Assembly (NCBI GenBank): GCA_965223415.1
Contig: OZ245002.1
Coordinates: 5,280,001-5,344,000 of the forward strand
Direction of reading: 5' to 3'
DNA: 64,000 bases
Source: Myxococcota bacterium
GTDB taxonomy: Bacteria > Myxococcota_A > UBA9160 > UBA6930
The notes under the pieces are model-generated. The model was not told where the DNA came from. It searched no databases and worked only from the letters and a program-made list of their open reading frames with translations. The translations under genes were made by a program, and so were the position numbers. Position 1 is the first letter of the stretch; every line of letters starts with the position of its first letter. This document shows, one piece after another, positions 1-9,961 of this stretch.

Positions 1-48
1 ACGGCGGCGGCGGCGGCGGCGTCGGACCGGAACCTCGGGCTCGCTCAT
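1..48 (-). CDS. 5' fragment of a gene translationally coupled to psd; probably CDP-diacylglycerol--serine O-phosphatidyltransferase (continues off the left edge)
   Basis: ATG at 48-46 overlaps the psd TGA (ATGA) and reads MSEPEVPVRRRRRRRR. pssA commonly follows psd and often has a basic N-terminus. Only 16 codons are visible. Confidence 0.45.
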   Translation of the reverse strand, partial: MSEPEVPVRRRRRRRR

Positions 49-731
49 GCGCCTTCCCCCTCGTAGGCCAGCTCGGCGATCACCGTGCTGCCGCCCCGCA
101 CCCGCGCGCCCCGCTCCACCCGCGTCACGCTGCTGAGGGGCAGCACGACGTCCGTGCGGGAGCCGAAGCGGATCAGTCCGTAGCGTACGCCCCGCTCGAG
201 CCACTCGCCGATCTCGGGCTGGCAGAGGATGCGCCGGGCGATCAGGCCGGTGATCTGCACCACGCCAACCCGCCGGCCGTCGGCCATCTCCAGGGTCATG
301 GCGCAGCGGACGTTGCGGGTCTCTGCGTCCCGGTTGAAGGCCGCCAGGTAGGCATCGCCGGACCGCTCCAGGGAGACGACCCGGCCGGCCACCGGCGCAC
401 GGTTCACGTGAACGTTGAAGACCGAGAGGAAGATGCCGATGCGCAAGGCCTTTTCGCCGCCCGGCGTTTCGATCTCCCCGACCTCGAGGACGCGCCCGTC
501 GGCGGGTGCCACGACCCGGTGCTCGCCCTCCGGGATGTCCCGGCCCGGGTTCCGGAAGAAGGCGGCGACGAAGAGCCCCAGGCCCCCGAACAGCCCCGCC
601 ACGAGCGCTGAGCCCGCGCCCCAGGCGAAGCCCGAGATCAGGAAGAGCGGGATCGCGAAGCGGTAGACGTCCGGCGCGAACCAGGCGGTCAGTCGCTCGT
701 CGAAGCGCTGCGGCTCTGGCTGCGTCGTCAC
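45..731 (-). CDS. psd: Phosphatidylserine decarboxylase proenzyme
   Basis: Motifs FFRNP, VAPADG, IFLSVFNVHVNRAP, GLIARRI and the FGSR self-cleavage site. Start reassigned to GTG 731, just after the ilvC stop. Confidence 0.93.
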   Translation of the reverse strand: MTTQPEPQRFDERLTAWFAPDVYRFAIPLFLISGFAWGAGSALVAGLFGGLGLFVAAFFRNPGRDIPEGEHRVVAPADGRVLEVGEIETPGGEKALRIGIFLSVFNVHVNRAPVAGRVVSLERSGDAYLAAFNRDAETRNVRCAMTLEMADGRRVGVVQITGLIARRILCQPEIGEWLERGVRYGLIRFGSRTDVVLPLSSVTRVERGARVRGGSTVIAELAYEGEGA

Positions 732-732
732 G

Positions 733-1755
<1,023 letters not shown>

Positions 1756-1775
1756 GGGGGTGGGTTCTCCGTGGG

Positions 1776-1871
1776 GGCGCAGCCGGGTGGAAGGGGCTCC
1801 GCCTACGCTCTCGTGCGTCCCGCCGGCCTTCCGCCTCCGGAACGACGCGCTTACGGGTCCTGGGCCGCGCC
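1776..1871 (-). promoter_or_regulatory. Structured 5' leader of ilvC (candidate cis-regulatory RNA)
   Basis: A 9-bp closing stem GGCGCGGCC/GGCUGCGCC encloses two internal hairpins. It lies between the promoter and the SD-like GGAG. Confidence 0.5.
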
Positions 1872-1880
1872 GAAGGGGCG

Positions 1881-1909
1881 AGGCTACGAAAGCCCCGGAG
1901 GGGTGTCAA
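1881..1909 (-). promoter_or_regulatory. Sigma70-type promoter for ilvC-psd-pssA
   Basis: On the minus strand: TTGACA (1909-1904), 17-nt spacer, TAGCCT (1886-1881). Confidence 0.75.
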
Positions 1910-1935
1910 AACCGGCCTCGGAGCCAGCCCCCTGG

Positions 1936-2703
1936 TCAGACGAGGGCCTGTCCGGTGCGCTTCGCCTCGGCCTCGGCCCTGCGCAGGTAGCGGGGCAGGA
2001 GCTCGGCCGCGGACACCGCGTGGCCCGCGACAAAAGCCGCCAGGCCCAGCTCCGCGACCCGCGCGGCCCGCGCCACCACGCCGGGCAGGAGCCGCAGCGA
2101 GGGGAGGCCCGCCTCGGCCAGCCTCGACGCAGCCGGGCCCGCGTCCTCACCGACCACGATCGTCGTGTCCGCCGGGAGACGTGCCGCCAGCACCTCCGGA
2201 TCGTAGACGCTCTCCTCCACCAGCGGCTCGCCCAGGGCGTCCGCACCGGACCAGGCGCCTGCGTACAGCTCGCCGCGGCGGGCGTCGAGCAGGGCGGCCA
2301 CCGGGCCCGGCGCACCGCGGGCGGCCCGGGCCAGGGCCGCCAGGCTCGACACCGCCACGACCGGCGGGCCGCCGCCCAGGGCGAGGCCCTTGGCGGTGGC
2401 GATGCCGATGCGCAGGCCCGTGAAGGAGCCGGGCCCGGCCGAGACCGCGATGGCGTCCAGGTCGTCCGGCGTGGCGCCCGCCTCGCCGAGCACCGCGTCG
2501 ATCGTCGGCAGCAGCCGCTCCGAGTGCACCCGGGGGCCCTCGGTCGCCACCTCCGCCACGAGCCGCGGCCCGTCGGCGAGCGTCACGCCCATCACCCGCG
2601 TCGACGTCTCGATCGCGAGCAGCAAAGGGCCCTCACCGCGGGGCGGGGGGCGGTTCGAGCGGCCCGCCTCGGTGCGATGCCGCGGCCGGCCGCGCTCGGC
2701 CAT
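1936..2703 (-). CDS. tsaB: tRNA threonylcarbamoyladenosine biosynthesis protein TsaB
   Basis: LLAIETST, HSERLLP, GPGSFTGLRIG, LDARRGELY, C-terminal PxYLR. Exact start uncertain. Confidence 0.93.
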   Translation of the reverse strand: MAERGRPRHRTEAGRSNRPPPRGEGPLLLAIETSTRVMGVTLADGPRLVAEVATEGPRVHSERLLPTIDAVLGEAGATPDDLDAIAVSAGPGSFTGLRIGIATAKGLALGGGPPVVAVSSLAALARAARGAPGPVAALLDARRGELYAGAWSGADALGEPLVEESVYDPEVLAARLPADTTIVVGEDAGPAASRLAEAGLPSLRLLPGVVARAARVAELGLAAFVAGHAVSAAELLPRYLRRAEAEAKRTGQALV

Positions 2704-2706
2704 CGG

Positions 2707-4398
2707 CTAGAGCCCGCGCAGGAAGTCGAAGAAGGTGGACCAGTTGCGCGTGATGTCGTTCCAGAAGGCGAAGCCCATCAGCGCCACGAGCAGCACCAGG
2801 CCCACCTGCTGGACGAGCTCGCGGGTGCGCAGCGAGAGCGGCCCGCGCTTCACGCCCTCGACCAGGAAGATCAGCGCCTGGCCGCCGTCGAGGATCGGGA
2901 TCGGCAGCAGGTTCAGGATGCCGAGGTTGATGCTGATCAGCATCAGCAGCTGGAGGTAGTGGTCCCAGCCCGCTTGGAAGGCCGAGTGGCTCTGCTTGGC
3001 GATCTCGATCGGTCCACCGATGGCCTTGCGGGAGATCTCGCCGGTCACGAGCTTGCGCAGCCCCTTCAGGAAGATCGACGTCACCTCGTAGGTCATCGCC
3101 ACCGCCCGGGGGATCGAGCGGAGCGGATTGCGCAGCTGCTCCTCCTTCACCGCGCCGGGCAGCGCCGCGTTCGCTCCCTGGATGCCGATCAGGTACTCGT
3201 CGCGATCGAGGCCCTCGATCTGGGAGGGGCGCGCCTCGGGCTCGATCGCCGCACGGCGGATCTTCCCGGCGCGGGCGAACTCGATCGCGAGGCTGCGCCC
3301 GCCGCTGCCGAGCACGGTCTCCTGGAAGGTGAGGAAGCTCCCGATCGGCTGGCCGTCGACCGAGAGGATCAGGTCGCCGGCCTGGAGGCCGGCGCGAGCC
3401 GCGGGCAGCTCCGGCCGCACCGCCGCCACCAGCACGACGGCGGGCACCACGCCCAGCGCCTCGGTCCCGCCTCCCGGAACGCGGAGGTCGACCGTGGCCT
3501 CCTCGGCGTCGGGGCCCGGGCCCTTCGCGCGGGCCACCCGGATCGGCACGGCGTCGATCCCGGCCCGAGCTGCCAGCGCGCGGGCGAAGCCGGCCCAGTC
3601 TTCCACCTCCACGTCCCCGACCTGCACGACGCGATCGCCAGCCCGGAGGCCCGCCCGCTCCGCCGGCGTATCGGGCCCCGCCAGCCCGAGCAGCGCCTTC
3701 TGCCGGCGGTGCTGGACGCCGAGCCATCCGATCTCCTTGTCCTCGCGGAAGACCCGGTCGATGCCGGGCCGGGTCTCGATCGGGACGTCCGCCTGGAACG
3801 GGTCCGTGCCCGCGCGCTCGACGTCGAGCCGCACCACCTCGCCGGGGTGGGCGCGCACGTGGTCGTCGAGATCGTCCCACCAGGCCAGGGGCTCGCCGTT
3901 CAGCCCCACGATGCGGTCGCCGGGCTCGAGGCCCGCCCGCGCCGCCGGCGAGGCGGGCTCCACGGTCCCGATCACGCCGGCGGCCCGGTCGATGCCGACC
4001 CAGAGCGTGCCCATCAGCAGGAGCACGGGCAGCACCAGGTTCATCACCGGGCCGGCGAGCACGATCGCGAGCTTCTTCCACACCGGCTGGGCCGGGAGGC
4101 TGCGGGCCGGATCCCCCTGGGCCTCGGGGCTCTCCTCGTCGCCCGGGTTCTCGCCGAGCATCTTCACGAAGCCGCCCAGCGGGATCCACGCCACTACGTA
4201 CTCGGTGCCGCTGCGCGTCCACTGCATGCGGAAGCGCCCGATGCCGATCGGCGGCCCGAACCCGATCGAGAACTTGAGCACGCGCACGCCGCTGAGCTTG
4301 GCCACGATGAAGTGGCCCCACTCGTGCACGGTGATCAGCACGCCGAGCATGAGGACGAAGGCGAACAGGCCTTCGATGCCAGTGGCGATCTGGCTCAC
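2707..4398 (-). CDS. rseP: RIP metalloprotease RseP with three PDZ domains
   Basis: HEWGH, IPLGGFVKM, AGPVMN, NLLPIPILDGG. GTG start at 4398 overlaps the dxr TGA. Confidence 0.95.
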   Translation of the reverse strand: MSQIATGIEGLFAFVLMLGVLITVHEWGHFIVAKLSGVRVLKFSIGFGPPIGIGRFRMQWTRSGTEYVVAWIPLGGFVKMLGENPGDEESPEAQGDPARSLPAQPVWKKLAIVLAGPVMNLVLPVLLLMGTLWVGIDRAAGVIGTVEPASPAARAGLEPGDRIVGLNGEPLAWWDDLDDHVRAHPGEVVRLDVERAGTDPFQADVPIETRPGIDRVFREDKEIGWLGVQHRRQKALLGLAGPDTPAERAGLRAGDRVVQVGDVEVEDWAGFARALAARAGIDAVPIRVARAKGPGPDAEEATVDLRVPGGGTEALGVVPAVVLVAAVRPELPAARAGLQAGDLILSVDGQPIGSFLTFQETVLGSGGRSLAIEFARAGKIRRAAIEPEARPSQIEGLDRDEYLIGIQGANAALPGAVKEEQLRNPLRSIPRAVAMTYEVTSIFLKGLRKLVTGEISRKAIGGPIEIAKQSHSAFQAGWDHYLQLLMLISINLGILNLLPIPILDGGQALIFLVEGVKRGPLSLRTRELVQQVGLVLLVALMGFAFWNDITRNWSTFFDFLRGL

Positions 4399-5573
4399 GG
4401 CTGCGTCTCCTCCAGCGCGGCCCGCGCCCGATCGCGGGCCCAGGCGTCGGCGGCCAAGACGTCGGCGAGACGCTCGACCGCCTCGCCCCGATGATCGGCC
4501 AGCCAGGCGTCGAGCACGAGGCCGCCCGTCCGGGCGATGTCGGGGAACCGCAGGCCCCCCTCCAGGAAGGCGGCCACCGCCACCTCGTTGGCCGCGTTCA
4601 GCACGGCCGGAGCGGCCTCGCCCCCCGCCAGGGCCCGGAACGCCTGCTCGAGGCACGGGAAGCGCTTCGTGTCCGGGGTCTCGAAGTCGAGGCGTCCGGC
4701 GGCGGCCAGGTCGAGACGCGGCGTCGAGACCGGCAGGCGCTCGGGCCAGGAGAGCGCCAGGGCGATGGGCCCGCGCATGTCCGGCATGCCGAGCTGGGCC
4801 AGGACCGAGCCGTCAACGAACTCGACGAGGGAGTGCACGATCGACTGGGGATGCACCACGACCCGGATGCGTTCGGGCGGCACGTCGAAGAGCCAGCGGG
4901 CCTCCACCACCTCCAGGCCCTTGTTCATCAGGCTGGCGGAATCGATGGTGATCTTCGGGCCCATGTCCCAGTTGGGGTGATCGAGGGCCTGCTCCACCGT
5001 GGCGGCGGCGATCTCCGGGGCGCTCCAGGTGCGGAACGGGCCGCCGGACGCGGTGAGGATCAGGGCGTCGACGTCCTGGGGACGCTGGCCCGCGAGGGCC
5101 TGGAAGATGGCGCTGTGCTCGCTGTCCACGGGCAGGAGCTCGACGCCGGCGCGCTCCACCTCGCGGCGCACGAGGGCGCCGGCCATCACCATCACCTCCT
5201 TGTTGGCGAGGGCGACGTCACGGCCGGCGCGGATGGCGGCGAGGGTGGGCTCGAGGCCGACGGCGCCGACCAGGCCGGCGACCACCAGGTCTGCCTCGTG
5301 CTGGGCGACGGCGACCAGGCCCGCGGGCCCGACGCCGATCTCGGGCGCGGGAACCCCGGCAGCCCGGAGACGCTCGCGCAGCTCGCCGGCGCCGGCCTCC
5401 TCGGCCACGGCGACCCGCCCGGGTCGGACCCGCTGCACCTGCTCGGCCAGGGCCTCGACGTTGCGCCCGGCCCCCAGCGCCGTCACCTGGAAGCGGTCCG
5501 GGAACTCGGCGGCCACCGAGAGGGTCTGCTCGCCGATGCTCCCGGTGCTGCCGAGCACCGCGAGCCGCTTCAC
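4395..5573 (-). CDS. dxr: 1-deoxy-D-xylulose 5-phosphate reductoisomerase
   Basis: LGSTGSIG, LANKE, LPVDSEHSA, HPNWDMGPKITIDSA, NAANE. Alternative GTG start at 5603. Confidence 0.97.
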   Translation of the reverse strand: MKRLAVLGSTGSIGEQTLSVAAEFPDRFQVTALGAGRNVEALAEQVQRVRPGRVAVAEEAGAGELRERLRAAGVPAPEIGVGPAGLVAVAQHEADLVVAGLVGAVGLEPTLAAIRAGRDVALANKEVMVMAGALVRREVERAGVELLPVDSEHSAIFQALAGQRPQDVDALILTASGGPFRTWSAPEIAAATVEQALDHPNWDMGPKITIDSASLMNKGLEVVEARWLFDVPPERIRVVVHPQSIVHSLVEFVDGSVLAQLGMPDMRGPIALALSWPERLPVSTPRLDLAAAGRLDFETPDTKRFPCLEQAFRALAGGEAAPAVLNAANEVAVAAFLEGGLRFPDIARTGGLVLDAWLADHRGEAVERLADVLAADAWARDRARAALEETQP

Positions 5574-5604
5574 GAACGCGCTCCGCGGGGAGCGGCGAAC
5601 CACC

Positions 5605-6345
5605 TCACGATTCCTCGCGGACCTGCGCGCTCGTCTGGCCGAAGCGCCGCTCCCGCCCCTGGAAATCGGCGATGGCGGCCTCGAGCTGCTCGCGGCCGAA
5701 GTCCGGCCACATGCAGGCGGTGGTGTGGATCTCGGCGTAGGCGATCTGCCAGAGCAGGAAGTTCGAGACGCGCTGCTCGTCGCCGGTGCGGATCAAGAGG
5801 TCCACGTCGGGCAGGTCCGGCAGGTCGAGGTGGGCGGCGAAGGTCTTCTCGTCGAGACCGTCCGGATCGATGCGACCCGGCTCGTGCTCGCGCAGCAGGC
5901 GACGGGCCGCGTCCACGATCTCGGCCCGGCCCCCGTAGGACAGGGCGAAGACGAGCTGCAGCCCCGTGCCGTCCCGGGTGCGCTGCTTGGCGTTCTCGAG
6001 GGTGCGGCGCACGTTCGGCGGCAGCCGCTCCATCCGCCCGATGGTGCGGATGCGCGCGCCGCGCCGGATGACCTCGGGCAGGTCGAGCTCGAAGTACTCC
6101 TCCGGCAGGCGCATCAGCAGGTCCACTTCCTGCTTCGGCCGGTTCCAGTTCTCGGAGGAGAAGGCGTAGAGCGTCAGGTAGCCCACGCCCAGGTCGTCCG
6201 CCGCGCGGACCACCTTGCGCACGGCCTCGAGCCCGGCCCGGTGGCCCTCGGTACGCGGAAGCCCCTGCCGCTCGGCCCAGCGGCCGTTGCCGTCCATGAT
6301 GACGGCGACGTGATGCGGGATCCTGGGGCTGCGCGGCTCGGCCAT
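5605..6345 (-). CDS. uppS: Undecaprenyl/isoprenyl diphosphate synthase
   Basis: HVAVIMDGNGRWA, YAFSSENWNRP, SYGGR, DLLIRT..RVSNFLLWQ. Confidence 0.97.
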   Translation of the reverse strand: MAEPRSPRIPHHVAVIMDGNGRWAERQGLPRTEGHRAGLEAVRKVVRAADDLGVGYLTLYAFSSENWNRPKQEVDLLMRLPEEYFELDLPEVIRRGARIRTIGRMERLPPNVRRTLENAKQRTRDGTGLQLVFALSYGGRAEIVDAARRLLREHEPGRIDPDGLDEKTFAAHLDLPDLPDVDLLIRTGDEQRVSNFLLWQIAYAEIHTTACMWPDFGREQLEAAIADFQGRERRFGQTSAQVREES

Positions 6346-6363
6346 GGGGTGGGTGCTCCGGGC

Positions 6364-6933
6364 TCAGACCTGGAGGATCTCCTCCTCCTTCTCCTGGGTC
6401 ATGGTGTCGATCTTGCCGATGAACTGGTCGGTCAGGTCCTGAACCGTCTTCTCGGCGCGGCGTCGATCGTCGGCGGGGACGCTGCCCTCCCCCTCCAGGT
6501 CCTTGAGCATCGAGACCGCGCTGCGGCGGGCCTCGCGCACGCCGATCTTGTGCTCCTCGGCGGTCTTCTTGATCTGCTTCACGAGTTCCTTGCGACGTTC
6601 CTCGGTAAGTGGCGGAATTGGCAAGCGAATCACCTTGCCATCGTTACTCGGCGTGAGCCCCAGGTCCGCGGCCTGGATGGCCCGCTCGACGTCTCCCAGC
6701 GAGCCCTTGTCGAAGGGCGAGACGACGATCAGCCGCGGATCTGGAGCCGAGAGCGTCGCCAGCTGGTTCAGCGGCGTGGGCGTGCCGTAGTAGTCCACCT
6801 GGACACCCTCCAGCAGCGCCGGGTTCGCCCGGCCGGTGCGGACCTTCTGGAGCTCGGCGCCGAGGCTGCGGACGGCCCGGTCCATGTCGCCCTTGGCCTC
6901 GTCCAGCACGAGGGTCACTTCTTCGTCCGCCAT
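6364..6933 (-). CDS. frr: Ribosome recycling factor
   Basis: RTGRANP, YYGTPTPLNQLA, PPLTEERRKELVK. Confidence 0.98.
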   Translation of the reverse strand: MADEEVTLVLDEAKGDMDRAVRSLGAELQKVRTGRANPALLEGVQVDYYGTPTPLNQLATLSAPDPRLIVVSPFDKGSLGDVERAIQAADLGLTPSNDGKVIRLPIPPLTEERRKELVKQIKKTAEEHKIGVREARRSAVSMLKDLEGEGSVPADDRRRAEKTVQDLTDQFIGKIDTMTQEKEEEILQV

Positions 6934-6949
6934 GCCGCGCTCTCCTCTC

Positions 6950-7672
6950 CTACCGAGATCCGTCCGAGATCACCGTTCCGATGGTCTCGCCCGCCACGAC
7001 CTTCTGGATGTTGCCGGGGGCGGTCATGTCGAAGACCACGATCGGGACCGAGTTCTCCTTGCACAGGGCGATGGCCGCCTGGTCCATGAAGCCGAGCTGG
7101 CGCTGGATCACCTCGTCGAAGCTGAGCTGCTCGAAGCGCTCGGCCTTCGGGTCCTTCTCGGGATCGGCGGCGTACACGCCGTCGACCTTGGTGGCCTTGA
7201 GCAGCACGGCGGCGTGGACCTCCGCCGCGCGGAGCGCCGCCGCCGTGTCGGTGGTGAAGTAGGGGTTGCCCGTGCCGCCGGCGAAGATCACGATGCGGCC
7301 CTTCTCCAGGTGACGCATCGCGCGCCGTCGGATGTAGGGCTCGGCCATCTCCTGGATCTCGAGGGCGGACAGCACCCGCGTATCGAGGCCCAGGTGCTCG
7401 AGGGCGTCCTGGAGGGCCACGCCGTTCATGATGCTCGCCATCATGCCCATGTAGTCGGCGGTGGAGCGATCCATGCCCTCACTCGCTGCCGTCACGCCGC
7501 GGATGATGTTGCCGCCACCGATCACGATCCCGATCTGGGTGTCGAGGGCGTGGACGTCGCGGATCTCCTCGGCCAGGCCGCGCAGGACGGCGGGCTGGAT
7601 GCCGAAGCCGCTCTCTCCGGCGAGCACCTCACCGGAGAGCTTGAGCAGGATCCGCGGGTAGGCGGCGTTCAT
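6950..7672 (-). CDS. pyrH: UMP kinase
   Basis: [37 protein letters not shown]. Confidence 0.98.
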   Translation of the reverse strand: MNAAYPRILLKLSGEVLAGESGFGIQPAVLRGLAEEIRDVHALDTQIGIVIGGGNIIRGVTAASEGMDRSTADYMGMMASIMNGVALQDALEHLGLDTRVLSALEIQEMAEPYIRRRAMRHLEKGRIVIFAGGTGNPYFTTDTAAALRAAEVHAAVLLKATKVDGVYAADPEKDPKAERFEQLSFDEVIQRQLGFMDQAAIALCKENSVPIVVFDMTAPGNIQKVVAGETIGTVISDGSR

Positions 7673-7703
7673 TCCTTGGCACCCTCTCCCGGATCGAGCC
7701 GGG

Positions 7704-8573
7704 TCACTCCGTCGGGCTCTCTCCCAGCTTGAAGCGTACGAAACCGGAGACCTTGATGGGGCTCCCCTGGGCGTCGCCGGCCTCCTTCACCAGGGCCTGG
7801 ACGCTCTGGTCCGGATCCTTCACGAAGGCCTGCTCGAGCAGGCAGACCTCGCTGTAGTACTTCCGGATCCGGCCCTCCACGATCTTCTCGATCACCTGCG
7901 GGGGCTTGCCGTCCTGCTCGGCCTGGCGGCGGAAGAGCTCGGCCTCCCGGTCCAGGAGGTCCTGGGAGACCCCGTCCCGGTCGACCGCCACGGGGCTCGG
8001 GTCGGCGGCGGCCACGTGCATGGCCAGGTCTTTGGCGAGGGCGGCCACCGGGTCGCCCGGGGCGTCGGTCTCGAGGGCCACGAGCACGCCGAGCTTGCCG
8101 CCCGCGTGGATGTAGCCTCCGACCTGGCCGGAGCCGACGGCCAGCCGGGCCGAGCGCTTCAGCTGGACGTTCTCGCCCAGGGTGCCGACGGCGGCGCCGA
8201 TCCGATCGCCGATCTTCTCTCCGTCGAGGGGGACGTCGGCCAGGGCTTCGCTGCCGGCGGCGTCCGGGTTCTCCGCGGCGGCGCCGGCGATCGCCGTGGC
8301 CAGGGCCTGGAAGTCGTCGGTCTTGGCGACGAAGTCGGTCTCGCAGCCGAGCTCCACCAGGCCGGCGACGTTGCCGGCGAGGGCCATGGCGATCGTGCCC
8401 TCCGAGGTCTCCCGGCCCGCGCGCTTGACGGCCTTGGCCAGGCCCTTCTCGCGCAGCAGCTCGATGGCCTTGTCGACATCGCCGTCGGCCTCGGCCAGGG
8501 CCTTCTTGCAGTCCATCATCCCGGCTCCGGTGCGATCCCGGAGCCCCTTCACGTCACTGGCGGAAACGGCCAC
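7704..8573 (-). CDS. tsf: Translation elongation factor Ts
   Basis: [43 protein letters not shown]. Start is GTG 8573 with a GAGGAG SD; the rest of the 789-aa ORF upstream is spurious. Confidence 0.97.
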   Translation of the reverse strand: MAVSASDVKGLRDRTGAGMMDCKKALAEADGDVDKAIELLREKGLAKAVKRAGRETSEGTIAMALAGNVAGLVELGCETDFVAKTDDFQALATAIAGAAAENPDAAGSEALADVPLDGEKIGDRIGAAVGTLGENVQLKRSARLAVGSGQVGGYIHAGGKLGVLVALETDAPGDPVAALAKDLAMHVAAADPSPVAVDRDGVSQDLLDREAELFRRQAEQDGKPPQVIEKIVEGRIRKYYSEVCLLEQAFVKDPDQSVQALVKEAGDAQGSPIKVSGFVRFKLGESPTE

Positions 8574-8686
8574 TGGGGTCCTCTCCTCGATCTTGGTCGG
8601 CCCGTTGGGGCCCGGGACCGCCGGTCGGACGGGCCCTTCGGGTGGGAGCGGCCGGCGGGCGGCCGCACGTGGGTTGGGCGGGCCGG

Positions 8687-9763
8687 CTAGGCGTCCGCCT
8701 TGGGTTCGTCGGCGGCCTTGGCCTTGGCCTCGCCCCCCTCGGCGGGCGCGGCGGGCGCCGCCGGAGCAGCGGGAGCCGTCGGAGCGGCCTCGGTCTCGGC
8801 CGGAGCCGGGGCCGGGGCCTCCTCGCGGCGAGGGCGACCCATCGCCGAGTGGGCGCCGCCGGCCTGGCGGCCGCGGCGGCCTCCGGCTGGCTGCTGCTTG
8901 ATCTCCACAACGCGGCGTCCCGGAGTCGCCTCGGGCTGGGCCTCGGCACCCCGGGTCGGCTCGTCGTGAACCACCCGCTCGTTGAAGAGCTCGGCGCCCT
9001 CGAGGCAGGCGTCGGCGACCAGCTCGCAGTAGAGCTCGATCGCCCGCACGGCGTCGTCGTTGGCCGGCACCACGAAGTCGACCCCCTGCGGATCGCAATT
9101 CGTGTCGACCACCGCGACGATCGGGATCCCCAGGCGCCGGGCCTCCGAGATCGCGATGTGCTCCTTGTTGACGTCGATCACGAACATCGCGTCGGGCAGG
9201 CGGCCCATCTCGCGGATGCCGTCGAGGGACTTGCGGTACTTCGTGACCGAGCGGTTGAGACGCGAGAGCTCCTTCTTCGAGAGCTCGCCCACCTTCTCCT
9301 CGTCGGCCAGGATCTCGAGCTGCTCCTTGAAGTGCTCGATGGACTTCTTGACCGTGCGGAAGTTGGTGAGCATGCCGCCGAGCCAGCGGTTGTTCACGTA
9401 GAACTGCTGGCTTCGCTCGGCCGCACCCTTCACGGCCGGGCCTGCCTGTCGTTTGGTGCCGACCAGCAGCACCTTGCCGCCCTGGGCCACCGTCTCCCGG
9501 AGGAACTCGAGGGCACCGACCAGGTGCGGGGCGGTCTGATCGAGGTCGATGATGTGGATGCCGCCGCGCTCGCCGAAGATGAAGGGCTTCATCTTCGGGT
9601 TCCAACGGCGGGTCTGGTGGCCGAAGTGCGCACCTGCTTCCAGCAGGGAGCGGACGTTCGCCGTACGCTTCTCGCGCTCCTCGGCCGGGGCCGCGGGCTC
9701 GGCAGCGGCCGGCGGGGCGGCGACCGGGGCCTGGACGGACGGATCCGTCGGCGTCTCGGACAT
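8687..9763 (-). CDS. rpsB: 30S ribosomal protein S2 with Ala/Pro/Glu-rich terminal extensions
   Basis: LLEAGAHFGHQTRRWNPKM, RWLGGMLTN, VDTNCDP, PANDDA. Confidence 0.98.
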   Translation of the reverse strand: MSETPTDPSVQAPVAAPPAAAEPAAPAEEREKRTANVRSLLEAGAHFGHQTRRWNPKMKPFIFGERGGIHIIDLDQTAPHLVGALEFLRETVAQGGKVLLVGTKRQAGPAVKGAAERSQQFYVNNRWLGGMLTNFRTVKKSIEHFKEQLEILADEEKVGELSKKELSRLNRSVTKYRKSLDGIREMGRLPDAMFVIDVNKEHIAISEARRLGIPIVAVVDTNCDPQGVDFVVPANDDAVRAIELYCELVADACLEGAELFNERVVHDEPTRGAEAQPEATPGRRVVEIKQQPAGGRRGRQAGGAHSAMGRPRREEAPAPAPAETEAAPTAPAAPAAPAAPAEGGEAKAKAADEPKADA

Positions 9764-9777
9764 TCGGGTCTCCTTCG

Positions 9778-9861
9778 CGGTTGGTCCTCCGCCCCGGGCC
9801 GTGTCCTCCCCACCGCCGGCCGCAGCCGGCGGACCGCTGGGGCAGCCCGGAACGTGTGAAG
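9778..9861 (-). promoter_or_regulatory. rpsB 5' leader (S2 autoregulatory leader, t44-like)
   Basis: Sense strand reads CACACG-TTCCGGGC ... internal hairpin CCGCCGGC/GCCGGCGG ... GCCCGGG-GCGGAGG-ACCAACC ahead of the SD. This matches the recalled layout of rpsB leaders; not searched. Confidence 0.55.
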
Positions 9862-9888
9862 TCGCGAAGAGTTAGCAGACTCCGGAAG

Positions 9889-9961
9889 GTGAGACAAAGG
9901 GACGTTCCTTTCTGTCTCACGGCGATGCCGTGAGACAGAAAGGAACGTCCCTTTGTCTCAC
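9889..9961. repeat. Perfect 35-bp inverted repeat with 3-nt loop, built from two quasi-palindromic units (REP/REPIN-like)
   Basis: GTGAGACAAAGGGACGTTCCTTTCTGTCTCACGGC-GAT-GCCGTGAGACAGAAAGGAACGTCCCTTTGTCTCAC. The arms are exact reverse complements. Confidence 0.9.

Noticed and set aside
2..22. (CGG)n trinucleotide run
   Set aside because: It encodes a poly-Arg stretch at the N-terminus of the gene downstream of psd and is not an independent repeat element.
8598..8667. GC-rich hairpins between rpsB and tsf
   Set aside because: No U-tract or recognisable motif; such stems are expected at this GC content and may only be processing/pausing sites.
9889..9961. Palindromic unit as a mini-CRISPR or an integron attC site
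   Set aside because: The units are inverted rather than direct, there is no spacer, and no cas or integrase gene is present in the window.
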